A DNA stretch of 64,000 nucleotides from Minisyncoccota bacterium. GTDB lineage: Bacteria > Patescibacteriota > Minisyncoccia > Phycocordibacterales > UBA5272. The notes under the pieces were generated by a model. It was not told where the DNA came from, searched no databases, and was given only the letters and a program-made list of their open reading frames with translations. The stretch lies in the NCBI GenBank assembly GCA_018063165.1, contig JAGOQU010000002.1:3048-67047 (forward strand), given 5' to 3'. Of this stretch, positions 20,905-30,005 are shown in pieces. Both the position numbers and the translations under genes were made by a program. The first letter of the stretch is position 1, and each line of letters opens with the position of its first letter.

Positions 20905-22191
20905 ATGAATCGTCGATTACTTTTTGCTGTAGCTTTTACACTTTTATTCGCTGTTTGTGTTATTATTTGGTTTTTTGTGTATGCAACACCTCGAACTGAA
21001 ACAACATTAGGAAAACCAGTAGATCCTTTTGCTATAAAAGAATTACCTAAAAAATTTCAATTTCTAAAATCAGAAGGTGAGATCCCTGTATCAACATCAA
21101 CAACAGAAATGACATTTGCAAAACCAGAAATACTTACACAAATCTGGAATAGACCAACAACAGGACAAACATTCATAGAAAAATCAATAGTACAAGAAAT
21201 ACAAGCAACAACAACAAAAGGAACAACAACTATTTCTATTAAAAAATTAATACAAGCTACATCAACAACACTTATGTTTGTTGATAGAATAACTGGCTAT
21301 ATATATGGATACAATAGAGAAAGCACAAAAATATACCAAATAAGTAACAGTACTATTCCTGGTATATACGATGCGTATATTTTTAATAATGGAAAACAAA
21401 TACTTTTTAGATACGAAGATACCGATACTAATACCATTGTAACAGAACTTGCCACTATACCTTCTGTTGGTGAAAAAGAAGAACCAAAATCTCTTGAAAA
21501 TAGAAAATTCCTACCAGAAGGGGTAACATCTATTGCGCTTAATTCAAAAAAAACACTTGCTTCATATCTAGTTACAAGTAACGAAGGATCTTCTATATAC
21601 ACAATAAGACCATCTACTACAGATTTTATAGCAAGTAGTCCTCATACATCTTGGAAATTATCATATAGTGGAGATGCACTCTTTGCAACAACCAAACCAT
21701 CAGCATATGTAGAAGGATATACAGTGAAAATTCCATCATTTGAATTTATTATAGGAAACAAAACAGGTTTAGAAAGTAACCCTTCAGAAAAAGGGACTTT
21801 TATATCTAGTATGTGGTCAAACACAGGATTAAAAACTTTTCTTTCATTAAATGGAAATCAAAAAGTTCTTGATATAAAAACATTATCTTCTAAATGTGCT
21901 TGGGGACAAAAAGAATTCCTTGTGTGTGCTGTTCCAAAAACACTTACAAAAAGTGTTGAAGGATTACCTGACGATTGGTTCCAAGGAAGATTTTTCTTTG
22001 ATGACTCTTTTGTAACAGTAGATACAATCACTGGTGAGATTTTACCCTTATATACTTTTGATACAACAGAAAAAGGTATCTTTGATGTAATTAATATCTC
22101 TTTATCAAAAGACAATTCTATGGTTACTTTTTTGAGAAAACAAGACTACACATTATGGTTGCTTGATACTAATCTTTTTAATGCAGAATAA
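20905..22191 (+). CDS. N-terminally anchored membrane protein (428 aa), unknown function
   Basis: N-terminal TM 'LLFAVAFTLLFAVCVIIWFFVYA', Thr-rich extracytoplasmic region. Confidence 0.45.
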   Translation: MNRRLLFAVAFTLLFAVCVIIWFFVYATPRTETTLGKPVDPFAIKELPKKFQFLKSEGEIPVSTSTTEMTFAKPEILTQIWNRPTTGQTFIEKSIVQEIQATTTKGTTTISIKKLIQATSTTLMFVDRITGYIYGYNRESTKIYQISNSTIPGIYDAYIFNNGKQILFRYEDTDTNTIVTELATIPSVGEKEEPKSLENRKFLPEGVTSIALNSKKTLASYLVTSNEGSSIYTIRPSTTDFIASSPHTSWKLSYSGDALFATTKPSAYVEGYTVKIPSFEFIIGNKTGLESNPSEKGTFISSMWSNTGLKTFLSLNGNQKVLDIKTLSSKCAWGQKEFLVCAVPKTLTKSVEGLPDDWFQGRFFFDDSFVTVDTITGEILPLYTFDTTEKGIFDVINISLSKDNSMVTFLRKQDYTLWLLDTNLFNAE

Positions 22192-22195
22192 AAAT

Positions 22196-23203
22196 ATGGA
22201 CTATCAAGCTCTTGAACCAACAATTTCTTCAAGTATAGGAGTAGAACCTGTTTCGTTTAATAATAATTCAAATGTTTCATTTTTTACATCATCATCTTTT
22301 TTATATGCACTCTTTTTTGTTGTTATCGTTGTAGCTGCATCATATAGATATGCACTTGCTGGTATGCTTCGTATACAAGCTACAGAAGAGGGGATACGAA
22401 AATCAAAAGAAGAATTTACAAGAGTTACTTATGGATTACTTGGTGTATTTGGTTTATGGCTTATTTTAGCTACTGTTAATAAAGACATGCTTACTGGTGA
22501 TGTTGGTCTTGGTGCGTTAAAGAGTACTATAACAAGTGCTGGTGGTGGGTATATTCCGGGGCAGACGCCGGTGACACCTCCTACAACAAACCCAACAACA
22601 CCACAAAACACTGAAAAATGTTTATCAGAAAATGAAACAAAATCAGCTCTTTCTTCTTCTGTAGGTATTTGTGGAAATACACGATGTACTACATTTGTTG
22701 GTTGCAATTATAAACAATATGATTCTATTATTATAGAAGAGGCAAAACGTGCAAATATAAACCCAAATCTTATTAGAGTTATTATGTGTAAAGAATCAAG
22801 AGGAAAAAAGGATGTTCAAAATAGTAAAAATAACAACGGTACTTATGATTGTGGTTTAATGCAAATAAATCAAAATAAACCTTGTGATGAAGCTTCATAC
22901 AATGTTACCAACAACATAAGAGCTGGCGCTACTTTAATAAAATCAAAATTATCAGCAGTGAGTGGGGGTGTTACATATCCAGGTATACCAGTTGAAGCTA
23001 AAATGTTTGCTTCATATGCATGTTGTGGTGGTGGAATAAATCCAAATTCAGAAAGTAACGATTGTACAACATCCAGTGGATACCCTTTCACTCCACCAAA
23101 ATGGGCTTGTCCAAAAAATCCTGGACCAACTAATGCTAATATGTGTTTTGTTCGACAAGATGTATGTGGAGCACTTGCTTGCCTTAAAGAATTAGACAGC
23201 TAA
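22196..23203 (+). CDS. Membrane-anchored lytic transglycosylase: same two-TM module as 19993..20841 + Pro/Thr linker + SLT domain
   Basis: Start taken at 'MDYQALEP'; N-terminal ~100 aa nearly identical to 19993..20841; SLT motifs 'IMCKESRG...', 'YDCGLMQIN'. Confidence 0.6.
   Translation: MDYQALEPTISSSIGVEPVSFNNNSNVSFFTSSSFLYALFFVVIVVAASYRYALAGMLRIQATEEGIRKSKEEFTRVTYGLLGVFGLWLILATVNKDMLTGDVGLGALKSTITSAGGGYIPGQTPVTPPTTNPTTPQNTEKCLSENETKSALSSSVGICGNTRCTTFVGCNYKQYDSIIIEEAKRANINPNLIRVIMCKESRGKKDVQNSKNNNGTYDCGLMQINQNKPCDEASYNVTNNIRAGATLIKSKLSAVSGGVTYPGIPVEAKMFASYACCGGGINPNSESNDCTTSSGYPFTPPKWACPKNPGPTNANMCFVRQDVCGALACLKELDS
22279..22578 (+). repeat. Copy 2 of the ~300-bp direct repeat
   Basis: See copy 1. 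It also creates identical spurious reverse-strand ORFs (20238..20438, 22429..22707). Confidence 0.85.
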
Positions 23204-23941
23204 TTATGCGTGTTTAATTTTATCTGGATGAAGATGAGCTGTTACATGTTTCATATATACATCTTGTAAATATCCAATTACATTACTTACCAACCAATAA
23301 AGACCAAGAGCAGAAGGAAGAGCAAATGCAGAAGCACCAATTATAACAGGAAGAATATACAATAATTGTATTTTCATAGATTTCATAAACTGATCTTGAA
23401 ATGTTTGTTCATCTGATCCTTTCTTTGTACCCATATCAACAGTTTGACGACGAGCAAGTGCATATGATGAAAATCCTGTTAGAACAGCTATTACTATATT
23501 ACCTTTTTCCGTTACATCAAATAACCCAAATGCAAGTGTGTGTAATGTTTCAGGAAAACTAACAAAAGAATATAGAGAAAGAGGGTCAGCTTGTAACCCT
23601 TTTGAAAAAACAAAGTATAAAGCAAAGAAAATAGGAATCTGAAGAATAACAGTAAACAAACTAGCAAAAGGATTAACTTTTTCTCGTTTATACATTTCTA
23701 TCATCATTTTTGAAGCTTCTTGTGGTTTTGTTTTTTGAAGTTCTTTAATTTTATTCATTTCTGGTTCAAGACGCTTCATTGCATACTGAGTTCTGAGCGC
23801 AGAAAGATTAAGAGGTAAAAGAAAAAATTTAACAATAAGCGTTACTATAACAATAGCTGTTCCTATATCATGAAGAGGGACAACAGTAAGAACAACAACA
23901 AGGAGGTTATAAATTGGTTCGTAAAATAATGTATGAAACAT
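23204..23941 (-). CDS. yidC: Membrane protein insertase YidC (short Gram-positive/CPR form)
   Basis: Conserved position next to rnpA; polytopic, with 'FFLLPLNLSALRTQYAMKRLEPEMNKIKE...'. Confidence 0.8.
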   Translation of the reverse strand: MFHTLFYEPIYNLLVVVLTVVPLHDIGTAIVIVTLIVKFFLLPLNLSALRTQYAMKRLEPEMNKIKELQKTKPQEASKMMIEMYKREKVNPFASLFTVILQIPIFFALYFVFSKGLQADPLSLYSFVSFPETLHTLAFGLFDVTEKGNIVIAVLTGFSSYALARRQTVDMGTKKGSDEQTFQDQFMKSMKIQLLYILPVIIGASAFALPSALGLYWLVSNVIGYLQDVYMKHVTAHLHPDKIKHA

Positions 23942-23958
23942 AAAAAATATAATTATAG

Positions 23959-24279
23959 TTATAGTGTAGCAAATGCTAGTTTAATTTCATTAGATATTTG
24001 TGTGTAAGAAGTAGAAAGTATTGTAATTTTTGGATATATAACAACTATATAGTTTTTTTCTGGTATATACATCTTTAAAGCATGATACACTTTTCTCTTA
24101 ATCCTATTTCTTTCCACCGCTTTTTTAATACGTTTTTTTGCAATAACACATGAAAAACGAGATAGAGTAGTGTTTGGTGTATATAAAGCAGCAACATCAA
24201 CAAAAGAACCACGAAATATAATCCGTGGTTTAATTCCTTTAAAATCATCTTTTGTAAGTCTTTTTGGTTTTGGAAGCAT
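23959..24279 (-). CDS. rnpA: Ribonuclease P protein component
   Basis: Basic ~106 aa; 'RNRIKRKVYHALK'; position between rpmH and yidC. Confidence 0.8.
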   Translation of the reverse strand: MLPKPKRLTKDDFKGIKPRIIFRGSFVDVAALYTPNTTLSRFSCVIAKKRIKKAVERNRIKRKVYHALKMYIPEKNYIVVIYPKITILSTSYTQISNEIKLAFATL

Positions 24280-24330
24280 ATATAAACACTTTATCTATTC
24301 TTATCTAAAATAAAAGAATAGATTTTTTAT

Positions 24331-24465
24331 CTATATAGAAAGCTTTTTACGGCCCATACTTCTACGACGTGAAATAACTCTACGTCCATCTTTTGTTGAC
24401 ATACGAACGAGAAAACCATGAGTTGTTGATCTTTTCTTTCTTTTTGGGTTATATGTTATTGACAT
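24331..24465 (-). CDS. rpmH: 50S ribosomal protein L34
   Basis: '[44 protein letters not shown]' (44 aa); the six-frame ORF extends upstream to 24531, but the internal Met gives canonical L34. Confidence 0.85.
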   Translation of the reverse strand: MSITYNPKRKKRSTTHGFLVRMSTKDGRRVISRRRSMGRKKLSI

Positions 24466-24660
24466 GGGAAGTATTCTACACGAAACTGTCAATAAAATCA
24501 ACTTTAAAAATAGATACTTTACTAGATACACATCACATCAAAAAATACATAAGATTACGATAATAAATAAAGAAAAAACAGTGTATACAGTTTAATATCT
24601 ATTATGCGTCATTTTGTCAAGTTGTAGAATATAAAGACACGTGTATACTAACAAGTATTT

Positions 24661-25998
24661 ATGGACTATCAACAACTTTGGAACAGTGCTTTATCCCAAA
24701 TTGAGATAGAACTCTCAAGAGTTAACTTTAATACTTGGTTCAAGAATACACGTATTATAGATTATAAAGACGGGGAAGTTACTATCGGTGTTCCTAACGA
24801 ATTTGTTAAAGACTGGCTCAATCAAAAATATCATAAATTTATACTTCGTATATTACGAACAATACACGAAAGCGTTCGTTCTGTTGTGTTTACAGTAGTA
24901 AAACCAGAAACATTACAAAAGAAAGCTCAAAACATAACAATAACAGGTCAAACCCTTCCTCTTCAAGATTTATATGTCAATAAAGATGATGGTCTTAATC
25001 CACGTTACACTTTTGAAACATTTATTGTTGGTTCTTTTAACGAAGTAGCATACGCTTGCTCTCAAGCTGTTATCAATAACCTTGGTATTGTCTATAATCC
25101 TCTTTTTGTATATGGAAATACAGGTCTTGGAAAGACACATATGATGCAAGCAATAGGGAATACTGTAAAGAAAAAATATCCAGACAGAAAAGTATTTTAC
25201 ACGTCACTTGAAAAGTTTTACATGGACTATGTAAATGCTACAAATCTTAACAAGATTAATAGTTTTAAAGAAAAATACAGAAAGTATGATGTCTTTATTA
25301 TGGACGATATTCAATTTATTAATGGAAAAGAAAGAACACAAGATGAACTCTTCCATCTCTTTAATTCTCTTTATGAAATGAATAAGCAGATTATCTTCTC
25401 CTCAGATAAACATCCAAACCTCATTGTTGGCCTAGAAGACCGTCTACGTTCACGATTTAACCAAGGAATGATAGTTGATGTAAACATCCCTCAAGTAGAG
25501 TCAAGGCTCGCAATTTTACAATCAAAAGCAAAAGAGTACAGAGAGAAAATCCCTCAAGAAGTTCTTCAATATATAGCAGAAACAATACAAGGAAATATTC
25601 GAGAACTAGAAGGGGTAATGACGTCAGTACTTGGATATATACAAATTAAACAACAAGCAATAACTCTTCTTGATGTTAAAAACCTTCTTAAAAATAGTGT
25701 ACGAGCAAAAAAGAGTATATCTATTCCTGAAATAGTAAAAATGATTGCTGATTATTATCATATTCCTGATGTGTATATTTATAACAAAACAAGACGAAAA
25801 GATGTTGTAAAACCAAGACAAATTGTCATGTATGTACTTCGTGAAGATTTTGATATTTCGTATCCAATGATAGGTGACAGATTAGGTGGACGTGACCACA
25901 CAACAGTAATACATTCATACGAAAAAATAAAAGGTATGTTAAAAGATAACCCACAACTATCACGTGAAGTTGAAGATATACGAGCAATGCTACTTTAA
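24661..25998 (+). CDS. dnaA: Chromosomal replication initiator DnaA
   Basis: AAA+ 'GNTGLGKTHMMQAIGN', Walker B 'VFIMDDIQF', C-terminal DNA-binding helix-turn-helix 'VMYVLREDFDISYPMIGDRLGGRDHTTVIHSYEKI'. Confidence 0.9.
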   Translation: MDYQQLWNSALSQIEIELSRVNFNTWFKNTRIIDYKDGEVTIGVPNEFVKDWLNQKYHKFILRILRTIHESVRSVVFTVVKPETLQKKAQNITITGQTLPLQDLYVNKDDGLNPRYTFETFIVGSFNEVAYACSQAVINNLGIVYNPLFVYGNTGLGKTHMMQAIGNTVKKKYPDRKVFYTSLEKFYMDYVNATNLNKINSFKEKYRKYDVFIMDDIQFINGKERTQDELFHLFNSLYEMNKQIIFSSDKHPNLIVGLEDRLRSRFNQGMIVDVNIPQVESRLAILQSKAKEYREKIPQEVLQYIAETIQGNIRELEGVMTSVLGYIQIKQQAITLLDVKNLLKNSVRAKKSISIPEIVKMIADYYHIPDVYIYNKTRRKDVVKPRQIVMYVLREDFDISYPMIGDRLGGRDHTTVIHSYEKIKGMLKDNPQLSREVEDIRAMLL

Positions 25999-26010
25999 TT
26001 ACATATAATA

Positions 26011-26041
26011 AAAAAATAGATACAAAAGTATCTATTTTTTA
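26011..26041 (+). terminator. Intrinsic terminator after dnaA
   Basis: aaaaaaatagatac-aaaa-gtatctattttttt. Confidence 0.5.
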
Positions 26042-26281
26042 ATAATTAATACACGCTGTGAATAACTCTGTGGATATAGTTATAACAACATAGTGATAAC
26101 ATACCACTATTTCAACACTCATATATCTTCTAGTGAATGTTATACCCAAAATCTGTACGAGAATAATTCATATAATTAAAATAACTTTCTTTAAAAGATG
26201 TTGTTATATAATAGTAAAAAATGTTTCCCACAGTATGCACAGACCTATACTTAATATTATATTTTATATATACTAGTAACT
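26042..26281. promoter_or_regulatory. Candidate oriC / DnaA-box region between dnaA and dnaN
   Basis: AT-rich ~240 bp with DnaA-box-like 9-mers one mismatch from TGTGGATAA: 'tgtgaataa' (~26058) and 'tgtggatat' (~26070). 'tttcccaca' (~26222) is a weaker match. Confidence 0.45.
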
Positions 26282-27373
26282 ATGAAATTCGAATGCAAAG
26301 GAGATGTATTTATTAAAGCAGTACAACAAGTGTCACGTGCACGTAGTAAAGTTATGTCTTCAAATTATCTTCAAGACATACATTTAGAATTAGATACTCA
26401 TTTATTAACATTACGAGCAACTAATTTAGAATTATTTTGTGAAAAGAGTATTCCTGTAAAAGGTCTTATGAATGGTTCTTGTTTATTACAAGGTGAAACA
26501 TTACTTAGAATTATTTCAACATTTCAATCAAAAGATGTAACTCTTAGTTGTGAAATTATAGATGGAGTTTTTTCTATTACAACAGAGAAAGGGGTTATAG
26601 AAATAAAAACAACTCCATATGAAGATTTTCCTACGTTACCAAAACAAGGAATAACTATAGGAACTCTTTCAAAAGAAAATATAACAATGCTTCTTAGGGA
26701 AGTTTCTTTTTGCGCTGCAACAACTGAAATCAAACCAGAAATATCTTCTGTATATGTATACACAAAAGATGATTATATTTTTTCTGTTTCAACTGATTCA
26801 TATAGGTTAGCAGAAAAGAAAATACCTAACGATAATGAGATAGAGTGTTCTTTACTTATTCCACAAAAACATATAGCAGAAATACTTCAAATAATAAACG
26901 AAGAGACACAAGATCTTGTTTTGTCTGTTAACGAAAGCATACTTTCTATTTCTTCGTCTAATTTAACATTATCCATACATACAATTACAGGGCAGTTCCC
27001 AGATTACACTCAACTTTTTCCAAAAGAATTTACAACAACTGTAGAAATTTCAAAAGAAGAACTTTCAAAAGCTCTTACTCTTACTACGTTTTTTAATGAA
27101 AAATATTCTCAAGTGGAATGTATTTTTACTGATTCAAAATGTACACTTCACAGTAAAAATGAAGCTGTTGGTCAAGTTACTCACACTATTAATGCTACTA
27201 AAAAAGGTGACGATATAGAGATGAAATATAATAATAAATATTTCTTAGATGTTTTTTCTCATATAGAAGGAGATACTCTTACGTGTATGTTTTCTACACC
27301 AAATCGTCCTATGTTTATACGTGGTGTTAAAGATATATCATTTACATATCTTTTAATGCCTTTAAATAGATAA
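26282..27373 (+). CDS. dnaN: DNA polymerase III beta sliding clamp
   Basis: Position immediately after dnaA; ~363 aa, three-domain-length clamp-like ORF. Confidence 0.8.
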   Translation: MKFECKGDVFIKAVQQVSRARSKVMSSNYLQDIHLELDTHLLTLRATNLELFCEKSIPVKGLMNGSCLLQGETLLRIISTFQSKDVTLSCEIIDGVFSITTEKGVIEIKTTPYEDFPTLPKQGITIGTLSKENITMLLREVSFCAATTEIKPEISSVYVYTKDDYIFSVSTDSYRLAEKKIPNDNEIECSLLIPQKHIAEILQIINEETQDLVLSVNESILSISSSNLTLSIHTITGQFPDYTQLFPKEFTTTVEISKEELSKALTLTTFFNEKYSQVECIFTDSKCTLHSKNEAVGQVTHTINATKKGDDIEMKYNNKYFLDVFSHIEGDTLTCMFSTPNRPMFIRGVKDISFTYLLMPLNR

Positions 27374-27405
27374 TTGTTTATAGATGGTAAATAATAGACG
27401 ATAGT

Positions 27406-27444
27406 AAAAAAATGATTCGCTTTGCGAATCATTTTTTGCTTTTT
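27406..27444 (+). terminator. Intrinsic terminator after dnaN
   Basis: aaaaaatgattcgc-ttt-gcgaatcatttttt + T-run. Confidence 0.6.
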
Positions 27445-27472
27445 AGTACTATACGTTATAAGCTTTTAAAGT

Positions 27473-27706
27473 ATGGATGAATCATTTTTTTTAAAGTACT
27501 CTCTTCAAATAAAAAAACAAAAAGATTCTAAAGAAGAGGTTTTGTTATTGATTAAAGAAAAAACAGGAATTCTTTTAGATGACAGTATGATAACTCTTTT
27601 GAAAAAAAATATTACATTTTCTGTTTCTTCTGTTATAAAACAAAAATTATTTCAAAAAGATGTCTCAGGTATACTTAAAGAAAATGGATATACTATTAAA
27701 TTGTAA
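27473..27706 (+). CDS. Hypothetical small protein (77 aa)
   Basis: Short ORF followed by terminator hairpin 27721-27760 (aaaatcgtagct-aag-agctacgatttt). Confidence 0.3.
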   Translation: MDESFFLKYSLQIKKQKDSKEEVLLLIKEKTGILLDDSMITLLKKNITFSVSSVIKQKLFQKDVSGILKENGYTIKL

Positions 27707-27765
27707 TAAATATATTAAGTAAAAATCGTAGCTAAGAGCTACGATTTTATTTATTTTTTTACAGT

Positions 27766-29952
27766 TTAATTAACTGTCGTTGTTGCTATTTCTACTCCTC
27801 CCTCATGTATTAATAACCCTTCTTGATGTGATACATTTTCACATGGTAGAGAATTTTTACTAAGCCAGTTTTGTATTCCTGTTTCCCATAATTCATACTG
27901 AGAATCATTTGTTGGGTTATTTGGATACCCATTATTTGGATTATCTTTTATAACAGAAGTAAGTATTGTGTGAATTCCTTCAGGTGAGCAGTATACACCG
28001 CGTAAAATTGGCTTAGGTGAGGTGTTTGGTAACGGATCAGGGAAATACTCAATAGATGATGTTCCTAGTGCTGTAGCCATAGCTTTATGCCAAATAGGAG
28101 CAAGTACAAGTCCAGCCACCTTTTTATTAATAGGTGAATTATCATTATTACCTCCCCACATACCGATAACTATAGATGGTGTATATCCAATAACCCATAC
28201 ATCTTTGTAATCATTTGTTGTTCCTGTTTTTGAAGCAACAGGTCTTTCACCAAAAAAAAGTGGTGAATTAGCTCCGTATGCAGGTATTTTAGCTTTTTGA
28301 TCAGATAAAACACTGGAAATAAGAGCAGTTACTGATTCTGATAGAACTTCTTTTTCATTTGGTGTAAATTTTTCAATAATTGTGTTATCTCTGTCTCGTA
28401 TTTCTAGTATTCCTTGAGGTTTATGATAAATACCATTATCTGCAAAAACACCATACGCATTTGTTAATTCAAGAAGAGTAATTTCTCCTCCACCTAAAAC
28501 CATAGATAGACCGTAACGTGATGGATCTTTAATAGTAGAAAGTCCCATAGCTTGAGAAAGGTTTACTGCATTTTGTAGTCCTGTTAAATACAGTAATTTT
28601 ACAGCAGGAATATTAAGAGATTGAGCGAGTGCATTACGAAGTGATATTGGTCCACGGAATAGTCCGTCATAATTTTCTGGCATGTAACATACTGATTCAG
28701 ACACACCTTGTCTTATTGGGTTTCCATATGCATCACATAATGTACTGAATTGTGTAGGTACATCAAATAAAACTGTTTCAGGTGTGTATCCAAGAGCAAA
28801 AGCAGCAGCGTATACAATCGGTTTAATAGATGAACCTGGTTGACGTGAAGCTGTTGTGATATTAAATTGTCCAGGTATTTCCGTATCAAAAAAATCACGA
28901 GATCCAACCATTGCAATAATTTGTCCTGTTTTCGGATCACTTGCTACAAGTGCAGCATTTCTTGCTTTAAACTTCTTTTCATTTTCAAGAGCTCCTTCTT
29001 TTACTATGGTTTCTAATTTATTTTGTAAGTCGTAATCGATAGTTGTTATAACTTTTAACCCTCCATTTTGTACAACATCTTCACCATATTTATTTTCAAG
29101 ATATTCACGTATATACATAACAAAATGAAGAGCTTTTCCACTATTTGATGCATCCCTTTCAAAAATAACACGTTCCTCTTGAGCTTGTTTCTTTTCTTGA
29201 TTTGTTATATATCCAAGTTCAAACATTCTTTGAAGCACTAAATTTTTTCTTTTTTCGAGTGCATCTGTATGTTTTCCAAAAGGGGAATAATATGTTGGTG
29301 ATTGAGGTAGTGCTGCTAGATACGCTGCTTCTGTTAAAGTAACATCTTTTGCGTGTTTGTTAAAATATGTAAGAGATGCTTCTTCAACACCATAAATAGT
29401 TCCTCCATAAGGACTTTCATTAAGATATATTTGAAGTATTGTATCTTTTGGTAATTCTTTGTCTAATTTAATTGAAAGAATAATTTCTTTAATTTTTCTT
29501 GTTATTGTTTTTTCTCGAGTAAGAAGGGCATTTTTTACAACCTGTTGATCAATAGTTGACCCTCCTTGGGTGTATCCTCCACTTGTAATATTTGCAATAA
29601 CAGCACGAAGAAAAGATGTTGGTCTAAAACCATAGTGTTCATAAAAATGAGCATCTTCTATTGATATAGTTGCTTGCTGTATATATGTACTCATTTCTGC
29701 AATAGGAACTTCTGTTCTTTTTATATTGTCGTGAATATTGTAAAGCACTATTTTTCCTGTTCTGTCGTATATTTTTGTAGAATTAGCAATATATCTATTT
29801 TCAAAATTATTAAAATCTGGGAGTTGTATTGTAGAAATCCAAACAGTAACAAGAGCAAAAGCTACAACAGCAAGAGAAATAAGTATTAAAAACAGTTCTT
29901 TTAAAAGTCTTCTTTTGAGACGTTTCTGTGGTGTACTATGATGTGTACTCAT
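27766..29952 (-). CDS. Class A penicillin-binding protein (bifunctional glycosyltransferase/transpeptidase, PBP1A)
   Basis: N-terminal TM; GT51 motifs 'IEDAHFYEHYGF', 'GGSTIDQQVVKN'; transpeptidase 'SGSSIKP' (SxxK) and 'KTGTTN' (KTG). Confidence 0.85.
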   Translation of the reverse strand: MSTHHSTPQKRLKRRLLKELFLILISLAVVAFALVTVWISTIQLPDFNNFENRYIANSTKIYDRTGKIVLYNIHDNIKRTEVPIAEMSTYIQQATISIEDAHFYEHYGFRPTSFLRAVIANITSGGYTQGGSTIDQQVVKNALLTREKTITRKIKEIILSIKLDKELPKDTILQIYLNESPYGGTIYGVEEASLTYFNKHAKDVTLTEAAYLAALPQSPTYYSPFGKHTDALEKRKNLVLQRMFELGYITNQEKKQAQEERVIFERDASNSGKALHFVMYIREYLENKYGEDVVQNGGLKVITTIDYDLQNKLETIVKEGALENEKKFKARNAALVASDPKTGQIIAMVGSRDFFDTEIPGQFNITTASRQPGSSIKPIVYAAAFALGYTPETVLFDVPTQFSTLCDAYGNPIRQGVSESVCYMPENYDGLFRGPISLRNALAQSLNIPAVKLLYLTGLQNAVNLSQAMGLSTIKDPSRYGLSMVLGGGEITLLELTNAYGVFADNGIYHKPQGILEIRDRDNTIIEKFTPNEKEVLSESVTALISSVLSDQKAKIPAYGANSPLFFGERPVASKTGTTNDYKDVWVIGYTPSIVIGMWGGNNDNSPINKKVAGLVLAPIWHKAMATALGTSSIEYFPDPLPNTSPKPILRGVYCSPEGIHTILTSVIKDNPNNGYPNNPTNDSQYELWETGIQNWLSKNSLPCENVSHQEGLLIHEGGVEIATTTVN

Positions 29953-30005
29953 ATGTATAATGGTATCACACTACTTAAATAAATCGATGGTATATGGTAG
30001 TATAA

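Noticed and set aside
20238-22707. Reverse-strand ORFs 20238..20438 and 22429..22707 with identical C-terminal protein sequence
   Set aside because: They lie antisense to the duplicated 300-bp module inside two well-supported forward genes. Their identity simply reflects the DNA repeat.
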